A DNA stretch of 62,448 nucleotides, counting the filler, from Basidioascus undulatus (lineage: Eukaryota): the NCBI GenBank assembly GCA_000826855.1. It is 12 parts of 12 records of this genome, joined end to end, with 100 filler letters (N's around TTAATTAATTAA, not from the genome) between each part and the next. Parts side by side here need not be neighbours in the genome. Positions count along the whole stretch, not along the records: positions 1 to 24,274 come from JTLS01000243.1; 11 more parts are not named here. One strand, written 5' to 3'. The notes under the pieces were generated by a model. It did not search any database. It worked only from the letters and a program-made list of their open reading frames with translations, and was not told the DNA's origin. The position numbers and the translations under genes were made by a program. Position 1 is the first letter of the stretch, and each line of letters begins with the position of its first letter. Below, in pieces: positions 12,609-24,274 of the stretch.

Positions 12609-13282
12609 GGTGGGTGGAGCGCTGGATTCGTCGTGAGCGAGCGGGAGGAGGTGAGTGCGTGAGCGTCTAGAGCGGCAATCTCGGTGGCGGTGAGCGGGGT
12701 GTGGTGGGCGGAGGTAATGAGCTTCGGATGGAGCTCGCGCGACTTGGCCGCGAAGCCGAGGGGCGTTACCGAGGGTCATCCCCGGATGTTCAGGCACTGC
12801 GTCGTTGATCTTGAGGTGTCCGGGAGGACACCGCTCGCAATCTCCAAGTATAGGTTTATACCTGATATTTGTTGAAGAAGCTAATGAGGGCACCTAAACG
12901 GCCCTAAAACCATGGGCTAAGCCTTGTTCGTCACCTTCATCAACCGCCGCATCGGCAGGCCACTTACAGGCACTGTTCACCGACAGCGCAGACAGCAGGC
13001 TTTCGAAGAATTTTCAAAATGTATCACATTGGCCGTCTCGTTGCCTCGCTGCTGTTTCTCCGATTGTCGCCTGCAAAATTCAGGCCTTTTTGGATCCGCT
13101 ATATCTTGCTCGCCAGTGGTAGGTCAGTGTCATCCCCTATACCCCACATACCGTGTTCCAGAGAGCTCCACATAACTTTTCGGTTGATTGCGCGTGGCGC
13201 TCACGCAGCTCCAAAATTGGTGCAAAACTGGCACAGGTACGAACAGCCACAGAGACTCCATTGAAGAAAATGGCAAAAGAAC

Positions 13283-13365
13283 TGGACATATCCGGAATTG
13301 AACCGGAGACCTCCTCCACTCAGCTAATGCTAAGAAGGCGTGATAAGCCACTACACCATATGCCC
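13283..13365 (-). tRNA. tRNA-Ala(AGC) with ~9-nt intron, second copy
   Basis: Reverse complement equals 1849-1932 except for one intron base (TTAGCTGAG versus TTAAGCTGAG). Confidence 0.93.
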
Positions 13366-13539
13366 TTTGCTTCTTTTTCTCAGGACAACTCAAGCTTGTG
13401 ACCAAGTATCTATCTACACATTTTGCAGCACCAGGCAAGCAGTTACTGTGTGGCCCATAAAGTGCGCGAACTTGGAACTCTCAGGATCTTTCAAGTTCAG
13501 ACCATTCCCCTCACCTTCCCTCCTCATCGACATACAACC

Positions 13540-13694
13540 ATGCCCGCACGACCATCCCTCGACGACGAACCAAAGCCATCCGAGTCGATGTCATCATTCT
13601 TGAAGCCGGCCTGCCTCAGGCAGACAAACCTGTGGGGCGGTTCGCGAAGTTTTATCGGAGCACTCTGTTCCAAATGATTGTCACAGGGAACTAA
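13540..13694 (+). pseudogene. Isolated, inverted exon-1 fragment (copy 3) of the UNC-93-like transporter
   Basis: Reads MPARPSLDDEPKPS, then after a 1-nt shift VDVIILEAGLPQADKPVGRFAKFYRSTLFQMIVTGN*. Copy 1 reads MSSRPSLDAKSKPSDVDLNILEAGLPEADKPVGRLQAFYRSTFFQMLVVG. Both have CATAAAGTGC upstream. Confidence 0.85.
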
Positions 13695-14809
13695 ATGAAG
13701 GGGTTGTTGACGGAAACAACGTGCACAGACTCTGCATGAGTCCTGTTAGGCTTACATTGCAATGAGCTGCTGTACGTTCACTATTCGGTTGTTAACCACT
13801 CCTGGGCCTTTCCAAAAGATTACGGGATGGTAGCTGCACGTTCGAACAGTCATAAAAAGGTGAATTTTACATGAAGAGCTGCTCACATCCTGCCTACCAA
13901 GAGGGCCTTCCGGTAAGGTAACAATCGGTTAAAGAACCACGAACTGTAGAAGCTCGAAGGGCTGTCATTGCCGCGTACCCCTGGATAGATCAATGCAGTT
14001 ACAACTGAAAAAGCGCAAATCAAGAGTTCATACAAGTCTCGTGCTTCAATCCCACCATGCGAGGGATGATTGCGACAGGAAGACGCGTTACAGTCAGAGA
14101 ACGGCGTCGCTGCTTCGTGTTCGTTCCGGCTGGACAAATGCCTTTGAGCAGATGGCTTGCCTTTTGATAAATGAAAGTTCAGGTTCATTTTGCATGATTC
14201 CTGATAGATTGGGGGCCTAAGGAATGGGAGGGCAGGATATGATTATGCACGCAGTCCTTTAGCTCATTTTCAGGCACACCCCACAGTTTGAGGAGCTTTG
14301 AATTCTTGAAGACGCGTATTGAAAGCGTCCCCGAATAATACATAACCCAACGTTTTTCTAAAAGCTCAAGAGGTGTGTCATTGCGTCGTCCGGGACGCTC
14401 AAGCAGCGGGAGCCTTTACGGGTTCAGTCTCTAGAATTGATTGACTGCTTTCTTGATATGGAGCCTCAACATACATCACCGGAAGACTGTTAAATTGTCC
14501 TTGCGTTATATACTGAAGTCTCTCCAAAGACAATGAATACCCGAAGGGTTTCCCCAGCCCCTTCACAGGACCGCATCCGGTCCGTGAAACGTTTCAACAA
14601 TCGACAGCCACATCCAGGGGTATCCTCGAAAAGATGTGAGAATGCATGTAGTTCAAGACGACTTTTTACTAACAAAGAAGCTTTCCAGCACGGCGTGCAG
14701 AGTCTCCGCAATGGTCAGAAGAGCCCACGACCAACGTCGCACCACGTCAAAAAGCGTAAGTAACAAAGAAAAATCCGGCAGTCTGAGCGAACTGGAAACC
14801 CAACGCAGT

Positions 14810-16182
14810 GGATGTCCCCAACATGCGGATGCGCCTAAAACTTCTTCCGCAAGCACTTCTCGAGCATTCGCGCAGGCGGCACTGCTCGACGAGGTTCTCT
14901 CTCGAACAGACGCATGACCTCGAGCCCAGCGCGGCAGGCGATCGCGTGCGACTGGTAGGTGTGCCCGTTGTTGAACGCGTCCGAGCCCTCGGCGAAGGCG
15001 CCGACGACCTTGTGCGAGAGGAGGACGGAGGCTATCGGTCGGCGCGTAACCGCTGCCCATGCGCTTGCCGACGACCTGGATGTCCGGCTGGACGTCCTCC
15101 CACTCCCAGGCGTGCATCTTGCCGGTCCGGCCCATGCCGCACATGATCTGCGAAGAAGCGCTCAAAATTGTTAGGAATGGTTAACGGCGACTGCTTAGAG
15201 GGAAGGGTTGAAGACCGACCTCGTCCAGCACCAGCAATGCACCGTGCCTATCGCATACTTCACACGTCGCCTTGAAATAGCCGCGAGGTGCGACAACGCA
15301 ACCGGTCGTGGCGCCGACACTGCAAGATCAAGGCAAGGAAGAAGAGCTAATCAGCATCTTACCCAAGAAGCTGAAAATTAACACATACTGGTTTCAGCGA
15401 AGAAGGCTGTCACAGTCTCCAGTCCGAGCTCCTGGAACTTCGCCTCGCGCTCGTCAGCGAGGCGCTGCACGTAAGCCTCTTAGAGCTCTCTCCCTCACCC
15501 GCCTAGCGATAGACGTAAGCGGGAGAAAGGGCGTGGAAGTTTCTGGAGAAGAGGGCCTCGTAGGGAGCGCGACGCTGCTGGAAGTGACAGTAACGTCAGT
15601 ATCCGAACAACCACAGTCGTACAGATCTGGACACTCACCCGATGCCGAGCAAGAGCAAGCGTACCGAGACCATTGCCGTGGTAGCTATGGTCCCGCCGGA
15701 TGTAGTTGGAACGCTGCGGCTGCCCGCGTTCGAGATGTTGGCGAGTGAGTTGATGGCGGATTTGAGAGCCTGGCTGCCGCCCGAGAAGAAGACGCCCGGC
15801 TCATCCCAGAGCTCGCCGTGAGCTTTTCCGCAAGCTGCTCGGCCAGCTGAGTATTGAAGAAAGGCAGAGGAAGGTCAGGACTCTGGAAAGGAAGGAGGGA
15901 ACAGAAAGCTTTCGTGACTCGCCTTGTTTGAGAAAGCGCCAGAGTGCACGTAGGAGAACGACGAGAGCTGCTCGGTCAAAGCAGCTACGGTCTCCTTATT
16001 CCCGTGACCAACGCTGACAACGGCGCACCGCCGCAGCCGTCGAGGATGCGCCGGCCGTCTTTCAGGTAAATGTAGACGCCATCAGCATGGTCAGCCTCGA
16101 CCGGCTCGTGGTTGAGGTAACGGTGGAAGATGCTCGAGATAGGCGCCGAGTCAACGCTGGGGGGCTGCGAATCGATGGACAT
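14810..16182 (-). pseudogene. Class III PLP-dependent aminotransferase, frameshifted; 3' limit approximate
   Basis: DGVYIYLKDGRRILDGCGGA / VVSVGHGN, MCGMGRTGKMHAW..PDIQVVGK..GSGYAP and NGHTYQSHAIAC motifs. Lesions: 1-nt loss near 16022, CCGA duplication near 15037-15044, further shifts near 14900. Confidence 0.88.
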
Positions 16183-16598
16183 GACTAGGATGCGAGGTAG
16201 TTGGACGAAGCGTGTGTCAATCAAATTGAAGAAGAGCGAGCGAAGGACGACAAGTCAGTTCGAAGAGGTGAGCGCGGACGTGGAACAGTATTTAAGGCAT
16301 CCAGGGTGTAGGGTGTACGTTCTTGTACGCGAGCCACCGGCGAAGGATCAAGACTTCTGAGAGACGATTTAAGGTGATTGGAGCGATAGAGATGTCCAGT
16401 CGGACCGACGCCTTGCGAAGGCCCGATGTCCGGGATGGATGCGGGGGTGGGACGGGGGGGGGGCGGGCGATAAGCAGCAGTCGGTGCTCGCTCAGACGAG
16501 GCACTCACAATCTTCTCTGCAATACAGGGTAGCCATCGGCTTACAACGTCTCACACCTTCTTCTCCGTTTGCTTTCTCCACGGTCCAACCTCCAAATT

Positions 16599-17528
16599 AT
16601 GCCCAAGATTCCCTACGCCGCGATTCCGGACGACTACCAGGAGCGCGTCCGACGCAATCCTACCCACTGGATACGTATACGCCAGGCAAGGATAATTTTC
16701 CTCCACTTTATTGGCGAACCAGACCTTTGACATAGAGGTCAGCCACAGATGCGGGGAAATGCACCGACGATGGTCGGGCTGGCAGCGCGCTGGAGAAAGG
16801 CGCAATTCAGCACTCTCTCGCTCAGCGGGAAGAACCGCGAGCTCGCTATCTTGCTGACCGGCGTCACAGGAGAGCGAGTACGAAGTAGTTCAAACTCCTA
16901 GCACCCGGACGGTGACTGGCTGTCTCCTGTTTGGCTTTGCGCCCTATACGTCGTTAAAGCGAAGTCTGAACAGCGGCTGCCTCTCCCCTTTCCACACTCG
17001 GACTTGAGGCCGGTTGGCATTATTGAGCCGCAGCTCCAAGCTTTGCAGAAGCACAGAAAGGACGAGGGATACTTCACTACTGAGGAAGCGTCGGATCTAT
17101 TCGACGCATCCGAGCTCGACCTTCTCAACTTTGTTACGGAGATGCACCGTTCTCCACGCGTCGAGGACGCGTTGCTTCAAAGGCTGCGCGAGGTGAGCTT
17201 GAGGTTGAAATAGATAACCTTTTTTGCACACTCTAGCTTTGGATACATTTACAGCACTTCTCTAACCGAGAAGTCTTCGAGATCACCACGGTGTCTTGCT
17301 TCTCTTACATGGTGGCTCGGTGGGTCCTCGGGCCTCTGCTGATGGTCGCCGGCGTGTTGTCTGATTCTGCCTTGCAGTATTTCGACCGCGTTCGACATCG
17401 ACCTTGACGCTGCACAGGGAACGGATGTGCTTAATGCCTTGTCGGCCATTGAGAACTATGGTGGTTTTTGCGTGCGGACTTTCATTGATTTGAGTCTGCA
17501 TTCCATCTCGAGCGCCACATGGTTATGA
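16599..17528 (+). pseudogene. AhpD-like / carboxymuconolactone decarboxylase family gene, disrupted
   Basis: MPKIPY start, LSGKNRELAILL, an out-of-frame SEYE, then FDASELDLLNFV, LRE|HFSNREVFEITT and YMVAR|ISTAFDIDLD. Unshifted frame hits TAG at 16898-16900. Confidence 0.62.
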
Positions 17529-19535
17529 AACACAATACCTGTTTGTTTCTAGATAAAAGGGCGCAAGTGTAATCTATGGTGTAGCGCTGGAAGTAGCTGC
17601 CATGACCGGAACGTTGCGAATAAGGTCCGCAAGGCTTGCGATCATACCGATGATGCCCTTGATATTCGGCCTCTTTTCAGAGCCGCGTTTGCGAGTAAAC
17701 TGTATGGCAGTTATAACAGTCTAATCTTCGACTTTTCAAGCAAGACGGGACCACTTACATTTCCTTCGTTGACATCTGCATGTTGCAATCGGTACAGAAG
17801 CTCTACAGCATAGTCCGTTTCGAAAGTGCTCGCCGCGGTCGATTCTAGGTGGATCACCCCTCGTGAGGAACTTATATCTGGAAGTACAACAAGGGTATCC
17901 TACACAACTTGCCAGAAGAAACAAACCAACCGTAGTAAACTAATACAAAAACCCACACAGCAGCGAGGCCGTAGGACACTATTGCCTACGCCTCAAAATC
18001 GTACCCTCAGCTGAATCACGCCCTAGCCGACCACACTGCGTCCCACTAGGACCACACCTGTCCCTTCCCAACAAGATTCCCTGATGCTTTCAGTATGGAC
18101 GCCTTCACCGGACAAAGGGGCTCTCCGCCAGCGTCAGCGGACCCAGCGAGGATATGGAAGACCGGGCGATGGGTTCACCTCAGAGCAGGTAGGAGGCATA
18201 GGCAAGCAGTTGAGAAGATCTTCGAGTACCTCAGGCTCGTCGTAGTGGGGCGGGTCGACAGGAATAAGTCCGCTGAAGCGCGGGCTGGACGCGGTTTGCT
18301 TGTACGGCGCGGAATAGAAAGTATTCGACGTCGGCGGAGGAGGTGGTGTGTTGTGGAATAGCTGTTCCACAGAGATTCGAGAGGGCCTGTAAAATGGGGC
18401 AGACTCTTTAGCCCAGCTCAAGGCGTGAACATGCGATTGTCGCGAGCCGTACGGTGCCACGCTCGGCGAGCGTTTCGGAGACAAGCCCGTCTTGCCGAAC
18501 CACGAGACTGGATATCAGGCTTGGAGAGGGCACTCGATCTGCCCTTGTGAGAGGTGAAGAACATCTTTGTCAAAGTTGGTTGGAGGTCGAGCGACGCGCA
18601 ACCGGCCGGAACGCAGAAACGGGTGGCGATAGGAAGGGTGGAAGGGGGAAGAGAGCGGAAAGAGAGGCACGGGGACATCTTGTCTTATTATCATCAGGAT
18701 GGATTGGGGATGTGACCGACAAACAGTACGGCAACCGGTGCCCGCGGCGGGCGAGCCTTCCTGAAAGCTCGAAGCCGGACGGAAGGGGCAGAAACAGCGC
18801 CAGGCGAGAACTGGTCGAGGAACGGGCTTTCATTGAGGGAGATACCTTGGGCCTCACAATATAGAGTTAGGAATGTTTAGGTCCCCGTAGAAACAGGCGC
18901 GGTTACTTGATCCTCGCGCACCGGTGCGTAAGGCACTGTTAAGCGTGGCTGAAAGGTCCGCAGGGCATGCTCTCAGCAGTGTGGGTCCTCGAAATGACCG
19001 GCAAACGTATCCCAATGTATACAGTACTGCGGGCGCTTTGTAGAGACCAACAATACTAATTACCTGCCAACAATCCTTGCATTTTGGGGCGGGACGAGAA
19101 TACGGCACTGGCTCAACGTCAAAGCCTGGTGGTGGGCCTTCCACCTAGGGAAGTGAAGGGTACTTTGGCATGAAAATCTTTTTGTTGTCCGTTTAATTTC
19201 ATCCTTGTTCGCTAGACTGCGCAAACGCACACAAGTACGGGTGCAGAGTACAAGACACTCGACGGCAAGGAAGCTCAGTGTCCTTGCAGCCAGGACGCCC
19301 CCACGGAAAAGAGGTGTGGCAGACTGGCTTTTGGGCATGAAGGAGAACGAGCGCGACGTCGGATACCTCTGGACACTAGTGTAAGAAGGAAATACACACG
19401 CCAACATGGTCGGGACAGAAAAATGGTCAGAGATGTCGTAGGCTTCGGAATATGCCTGCAGAGCTAAATTGGTTCCGCAGGGTGAAGGACGCGGTGTATT
19501 TTCCCGCCATAATCTTTAAAAAGTATTCTTTGAGA

Positions 19536-19625
19536 AGAAGAGAGTGGTGCAAAATAGCGTGGTGTAAAAGAGAGTGGTGTAAAAGAGAGTGGTGTAAAAG
19601 AGAGTAGTACAAAAGAGAGTGGTGT
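19536..19625. repeat. 15-bp minisatellite, ~6 units of AAAAGAGAGTGGTGT
   Basis: Directly visible tandem units, several with substitutions. Confidence 0.9.
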
Positions 19626-20556
19626 CCTAGGCGAGGCACCCGACTCCGGCCTTCTTTTCATTGTTGGGTCGAGAACCGTGAGTAGTGTACGGACATGCAC
19701 ATGAGAGTTACAAACCATTTGCACAGGGCCACAAAATACGATTCATGTTTGTACCACCCACTCAACGATCTTGCTATGCTGAGACAGTGCGGCTCCGGGA
19801 ACTGAAGGTAGTCATCGGAAAGGCAACATGACAAGTGCGAAGGGCAGCGAGAAACGCATTCGATTAAATTTTCTGCATTGTACAAGCAGCCGATACAGTG
19901 CGTGCTAAAATCTCCCGACTGAGGACCAGAAAAAGGACTGAGCTGACTCCCTGCCCACCAGCTTCTGAGAGAAGGCTTCGGAGTGTAGGAGGATTGTGTA
20001 ATGACGTTGTTTACTTCTCGACCCCTTCTTTTCTTCTTCTTGATTTTAAACAGGAAACCATTGCATAGAGGCGCCCTGTGCGGCGGGCGGCGCGCTCGGT
20101 ACCGTGGCCACGGGAACAGATACTGCCCGACTCGTGTATCTCGGGTGTGAAATGCATGTGGTGGAGAGGCAGCAGCGGCAGCAGAGCTTTGAGACGAGGA
20201 AGATGGCCTTCCTCAATCAGCTTCTTCCCGACACAAGTCCCTGTCCCTCTCGGAACAGGTCTCCATTCCGTAAACCAGCCGCTCAGGGGTCCTCGAAGAT
20301 CTACTTGGCAGCGCACACGGTCGTTTCTTTCACCGCAGTTGCAGTGGAAAAGCCGCTCGAGTCGCGACGGCTTCAAACCCCAAAGCGCTCTATTGATCTT
20401 CCGACTGTCTCGTTGGAATGCCCCATATTCACCTACTTCACTCTTTTTCAACCACATTTCGCCCGCTGCATTTGTGCTGCAGAAAACTGTCGTGCTTTCT
20501 GTTGGGACTTGGTTTAGAGATAGAGATAGTTATTATAACCGTATGAAAGACGCATC

Positions 20557-20630
20557 GGCCGCTTAACTCAGTTGGTTAGAGTGTGGAGCTAATAACTCCA
20601 AAGTCGCAGGTTCGACCCCTGCAGTGGCCA
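20557..20630 (+). tRNA. tRNA-Ile(AAT), intronless
   Basis: Acceptor stem GGCCGCT/AGTGGCC, D arm ACTC/GAGT, anticodon arm TGGAG-CT AAT AA-CTCCA, T arm GCAGG-TTCGACC-CCTGC, T-runs downstream. Confidence 0.94.
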
Positions 20631-21353
20631 TTACTTTTGCCATTTTTGTTTTGTTTTGATTAATCTTCATCGAGGATTGCCCAGGGCGTCGAAACAAGCG
20701 TCCGCGCCGCGCCGCGTGTCCCCGGTTGTCATTTATGCGGCCATCAGCGGTGCCCGTTGAGAATTTTCCTTTCATCTATGGATAGTATACATTTCATCCA
20801 CGACAAGAACCCCGCCGTTAGGAAAGCGTCTGAATGGGAAAGGATAGCCTTTTGGAATCCTTCCCCTTTTTTCCAAGCCCAAACATCTGAGTAATATATG
20901 AAAGTCATATATCATACAATAACACAATCACGCACAAACGGGGAAGCTGGGTGTTCATTTTCAAGCCGACTGCGACTTGCGGTGGCCGGCGCAGGTGCCG
21001 ACTACTGTACTCAGTCTACTACTCCCGAGCCGCCGCGCCGCCGCGAGCTCAGATGCCCTCGGATTGCCTTGCAGGAAGTGGGAAGCAGCGAGGGACAAAA
21101 GGCATGCCGACTGCATTGACAGGCCACTGGCAGTGCCACCCGTCGAGCGCTTCTGTTGGTTATCGGAGTCGTAACAGCCATTTTTTACCCTTCAAGCACT
21201 TCGTGTTCTCTTTTAAAACATCTTCTGTCGTTGGAATCATTGATTTGGCTCTGCAGTCCAACATTTCTGCATCACCTAAATAGCAATGAAAAATCTGTAG
21301 GATCTTCAACCTTCAGAAATTCCTTGGACTCAGCGATCTGATGAGTCACCATC

Positions 21354-22916
21354 ATGCCTGCTCTCGCCATGGCGCCTTCCCCGGCCTCGTCAAATGCCCT
21401 CATTTCCCTACCCCAAAAGCTGCTCTCCCTCTGCTGCTCGTTTTTCCCCTCGCGCGACGTGCTCTCACTGACACTGACGAGCAAGACCCTGCACGCGCTC
21501 ACGGCTGCCCCATATCGTGCACCTCAATGTTGCCCTCCGCGAGCCATCTCTCTCGCCGCATCGCGAGCGAGCCGCTCATTCGTCGACTCGAGCTGCGCCT
21601 GCACATCTTCGACCTCCACACGCGCGCCGTGCTCAACTTCGGGAGCGAGGAACCCAGCCCCCGACTTAAGAGCGCCCTGCTGCTGTGCGCCGGCTCGAAG
21701 CGGCGGTGGAACTGCTTGAGTGCCTCGCGCGGGGCAGACAACTGAGGGAAGTTGCGGTCGAGGAAAACGTCTTGGAGGAGGACTTTCACGCTTGCGGCTC
21801 GTCCGGGCCGTTTCTCTCGCACAGGACTTGTAGCACCTCGATCTGCGTCTAGCCTTCCGCTGTCTCGAGCGTGGTTAATCGACATCGATCGAATGGTCTC
21901 TCTCGCGGAGAAGAAGACGAAAAACCGATCGAGCCTCCTCGAGCCCTTCGCTCGCTGGTCGTCGCCGGCGGGCTCTGGCATCGCTCTTCCTGGCTGACGA
22001 CCTTCGCATCGCGCTCGATCACATCCTCGTCCTCCACTCTTCACGCGCTCGAACTCGTGGACCCATACTACCGGTACAGCGACAGCGCGCCTTCCTCGCT
22101 GCCCTCGCTCCTGCCCTCCTTCCTCCCTACGACGCACGCCTCCCTCCCCCCCCGATCCATCCCCGCATTCCACACCTTCCTCCTCGCGCACCCGCACCTG
22201 ACCACCCTCCGCTTCACGCTCCTCCTCCCGCGGGCATCCGCCCCGCGCCCCTTCCGCGCCCTCCCATCCAACGCGCTCCCCAACCTCCGCGCCCTGGAAT
22301 GCAGCATCCAAGACGCACACAACCTCCTCTCGGCGCTCTTTCGGCCGGACCACCTCGCGACACTGTCCACGCGCGCGGGCGCATTCGACCCCCCCGTCCG
22401 CGAGCTTCTCGAGCTCGTGCAGGCGCAGCGCATCCCGCTCCGCGCGCTCCGCCTGCAGTTCAGGGAGGACTGTAACCGCAAGGTGTTCTGTCCGTGGACG
22501 CTTATGCCGTGCCTGAACGACTCGCTCGAAATGCTCGACTGCAACTGGGACACACCGCGCAACGATGATTTCGTGCGTCCCTCTCCTCCCCCTCTTTTCT
22601 CCCCGAACTTCTTCCGCTGACGACAACACGACTACCTCGCGCGCAGGTGGAGACCATCAAGTCATCCCTCACGCTCCCCAGGCGCCTGCGCTTCGCCAAA
22701 CTACACTACTAGGTGGAGGTGACCGCCGAGCAAGTGCGCACGCTCGCCCGGGACGTGAAGAAGAGTGGGTGTCGCGCGCTCGAGGGGCTCGCGTATAGGG
22801 GGTGTTTGGTCGCGCTTGGGCGCAGAGGGAGGCGGGAGCGGCTGTCGGAAGAGGAGACGGACGAGGCGTACCCGGCCCTGGAGGGCTGGATTGGGGGAGT
22901 TTTCGAGGGGGTCTGA
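21354..22916 (+). pseudogene. Probable F-box/LRR-like gene, disrupted
   Basis: F-box-like LISLPQKLLSLCCSFFPSRDVLSLTLTSKTLH, leucine-repeat segments (HPHLTTLRF, LPNLRALEC, IPLRALRL), frame changes in the 5' half and an in-frame TAG at 22710-22712 in the last exon. Confidence 0.5.
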
Positions 22917-23563
22917 GAAGCGCGGAAGAGAGAGGAGGGGAAGGGGACAAGGCATTGCGATGCAGTACATCGAGTCACTTGTGTCGCGCGTTACATTAGC
23001 GTGCATATAGCATAAGCGCGGAGATTCATACTCAGGAGACGAACACTCTGAAATCTGCCTGCACTGCATGCAGCGTAGCTTCAGGTTTGGCTGACAGTCT
23101 GCGCGATGTCCGGACTGCGTGTACGTAGCAGCAGGACATCCAGATTATGGAGCTAATCAAAAATTGTCCTAATTACTTGTTCTAAAAATGGTAAACAGCC
23201 GGGACAGAGTTGGGAGAGCTATCGGGTGACGAAGTGGACGGAGTCTGTCGTGCGGGGGACACCGGGGAGGCTCGAGGCAAGCACTACACTTTTGCCCCTA
23301 ATCATCACCAACACTGTTCAATCGACAACGCATTGCCATATTTCCATAGCAACTTTCTTTGCTCATGTCGCTCAGACCCAGTGCAAGGTAGTCGTTGAAC
23401 ACTCTCAGCGCTCCGTACCGCTCTCGCGTACGCAGTCCTTTCTCTTTTCCCAGCTCAAGTCCAAGCAAATCACTGACGCAACTGTGGGAGGCCCACTCTG
23501 ACTTACTCGAAATAGTTTTTAACTTTCACATTATCAGTGTGCATGGGGGATGGGGGGACGCAC

Positions 23564-23656
23564 CTTGAACTTCCACTCGTGCTCGTGCGCGTCGATCGGC
23601 TCGACGTCCGTCACGTTCTCGAGATCCATCTTGACGAGGAGGTCGAGCAGCACCAT
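23564..23656 (-). pseudogene. First exon only of a DUF866/UPF0587 (CZIB-like) gene
   Basis: MVLLDLLVKMDLENVTDVEPIDAHEHEWKFK followed by a GTGCGT donor. I could not find the expected CxxC-bearing exons downstream. Confidence 0.6.
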
Positions 23657-24274
23657 GATGCGTGAGTTAGTTGGGTGGTTGGGGGATCGGGGAAGGGTGG
23701 GAGGATGGGAGGTGGGAGGAAGGCGCGCCGGGCACGCGTATGAGCTCGAGGCCGGGAACAGCGCCAACGTAAATGCCGCACACAGTCCGCGAGTTCGCCA
23801 CACTAATAGCCCATTTGAAAGAAGGAGCAATTTCAGTGGCAGGGTTACTAGTATTCATATCGGAGAACGACGCGTTGGGAAACCGGTTGCTGCTGCATCC
23901 ATCCTCCCCCAACGCAGCCTGCCTGTCCACAGCCTGATGTCGCTCAATGGCCTAACCTTGATCATGCGCTGCTTTCTTTCCATTTATTCGACCTTACGGT
24001 ACCACTCCGTTAACCTTTCGGATAGTCTGCGGTCCCGCAAGTCCGGGACTGTTGCATGCCGGCTGCCATGAAATATGCACAAACCCCGTAAAATCTCTCT
24101 GTGGAGACGATTCAGAAACGAAGAGAGCGAGTGCAAGAAGGAGCTCGGGCTCGACGTGCGAGGAGGTTGCCTTGAGCGGCACGTCGCTTCCCTGTAAGCA
24201 TATCCGGGCGGCACGACACTATCTCCAAACGTAGCATCAGTTCCTCCACCCCCTCCCACTTCTCCTCATCTTCC

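Noticed and set aside
10088..13690. Simple inversion splitting transporter copy 2
   Set aside because: Upstream homology of copy 2 (about 10390-11000) remains in direct orientation relative to copy 1.
18134..18565. Possible decayed gene (MFFTSHKGRSS.. and 116-aa ORF, minus strand)
   Set aside because: No recognisable motif or splice structure.
22710..22712. Nuclear stop-codon reassignment
   Set aside because: TAG, TAA and TGA all terminate intact nuclear genes here, and no conserved gene needs readthrough.
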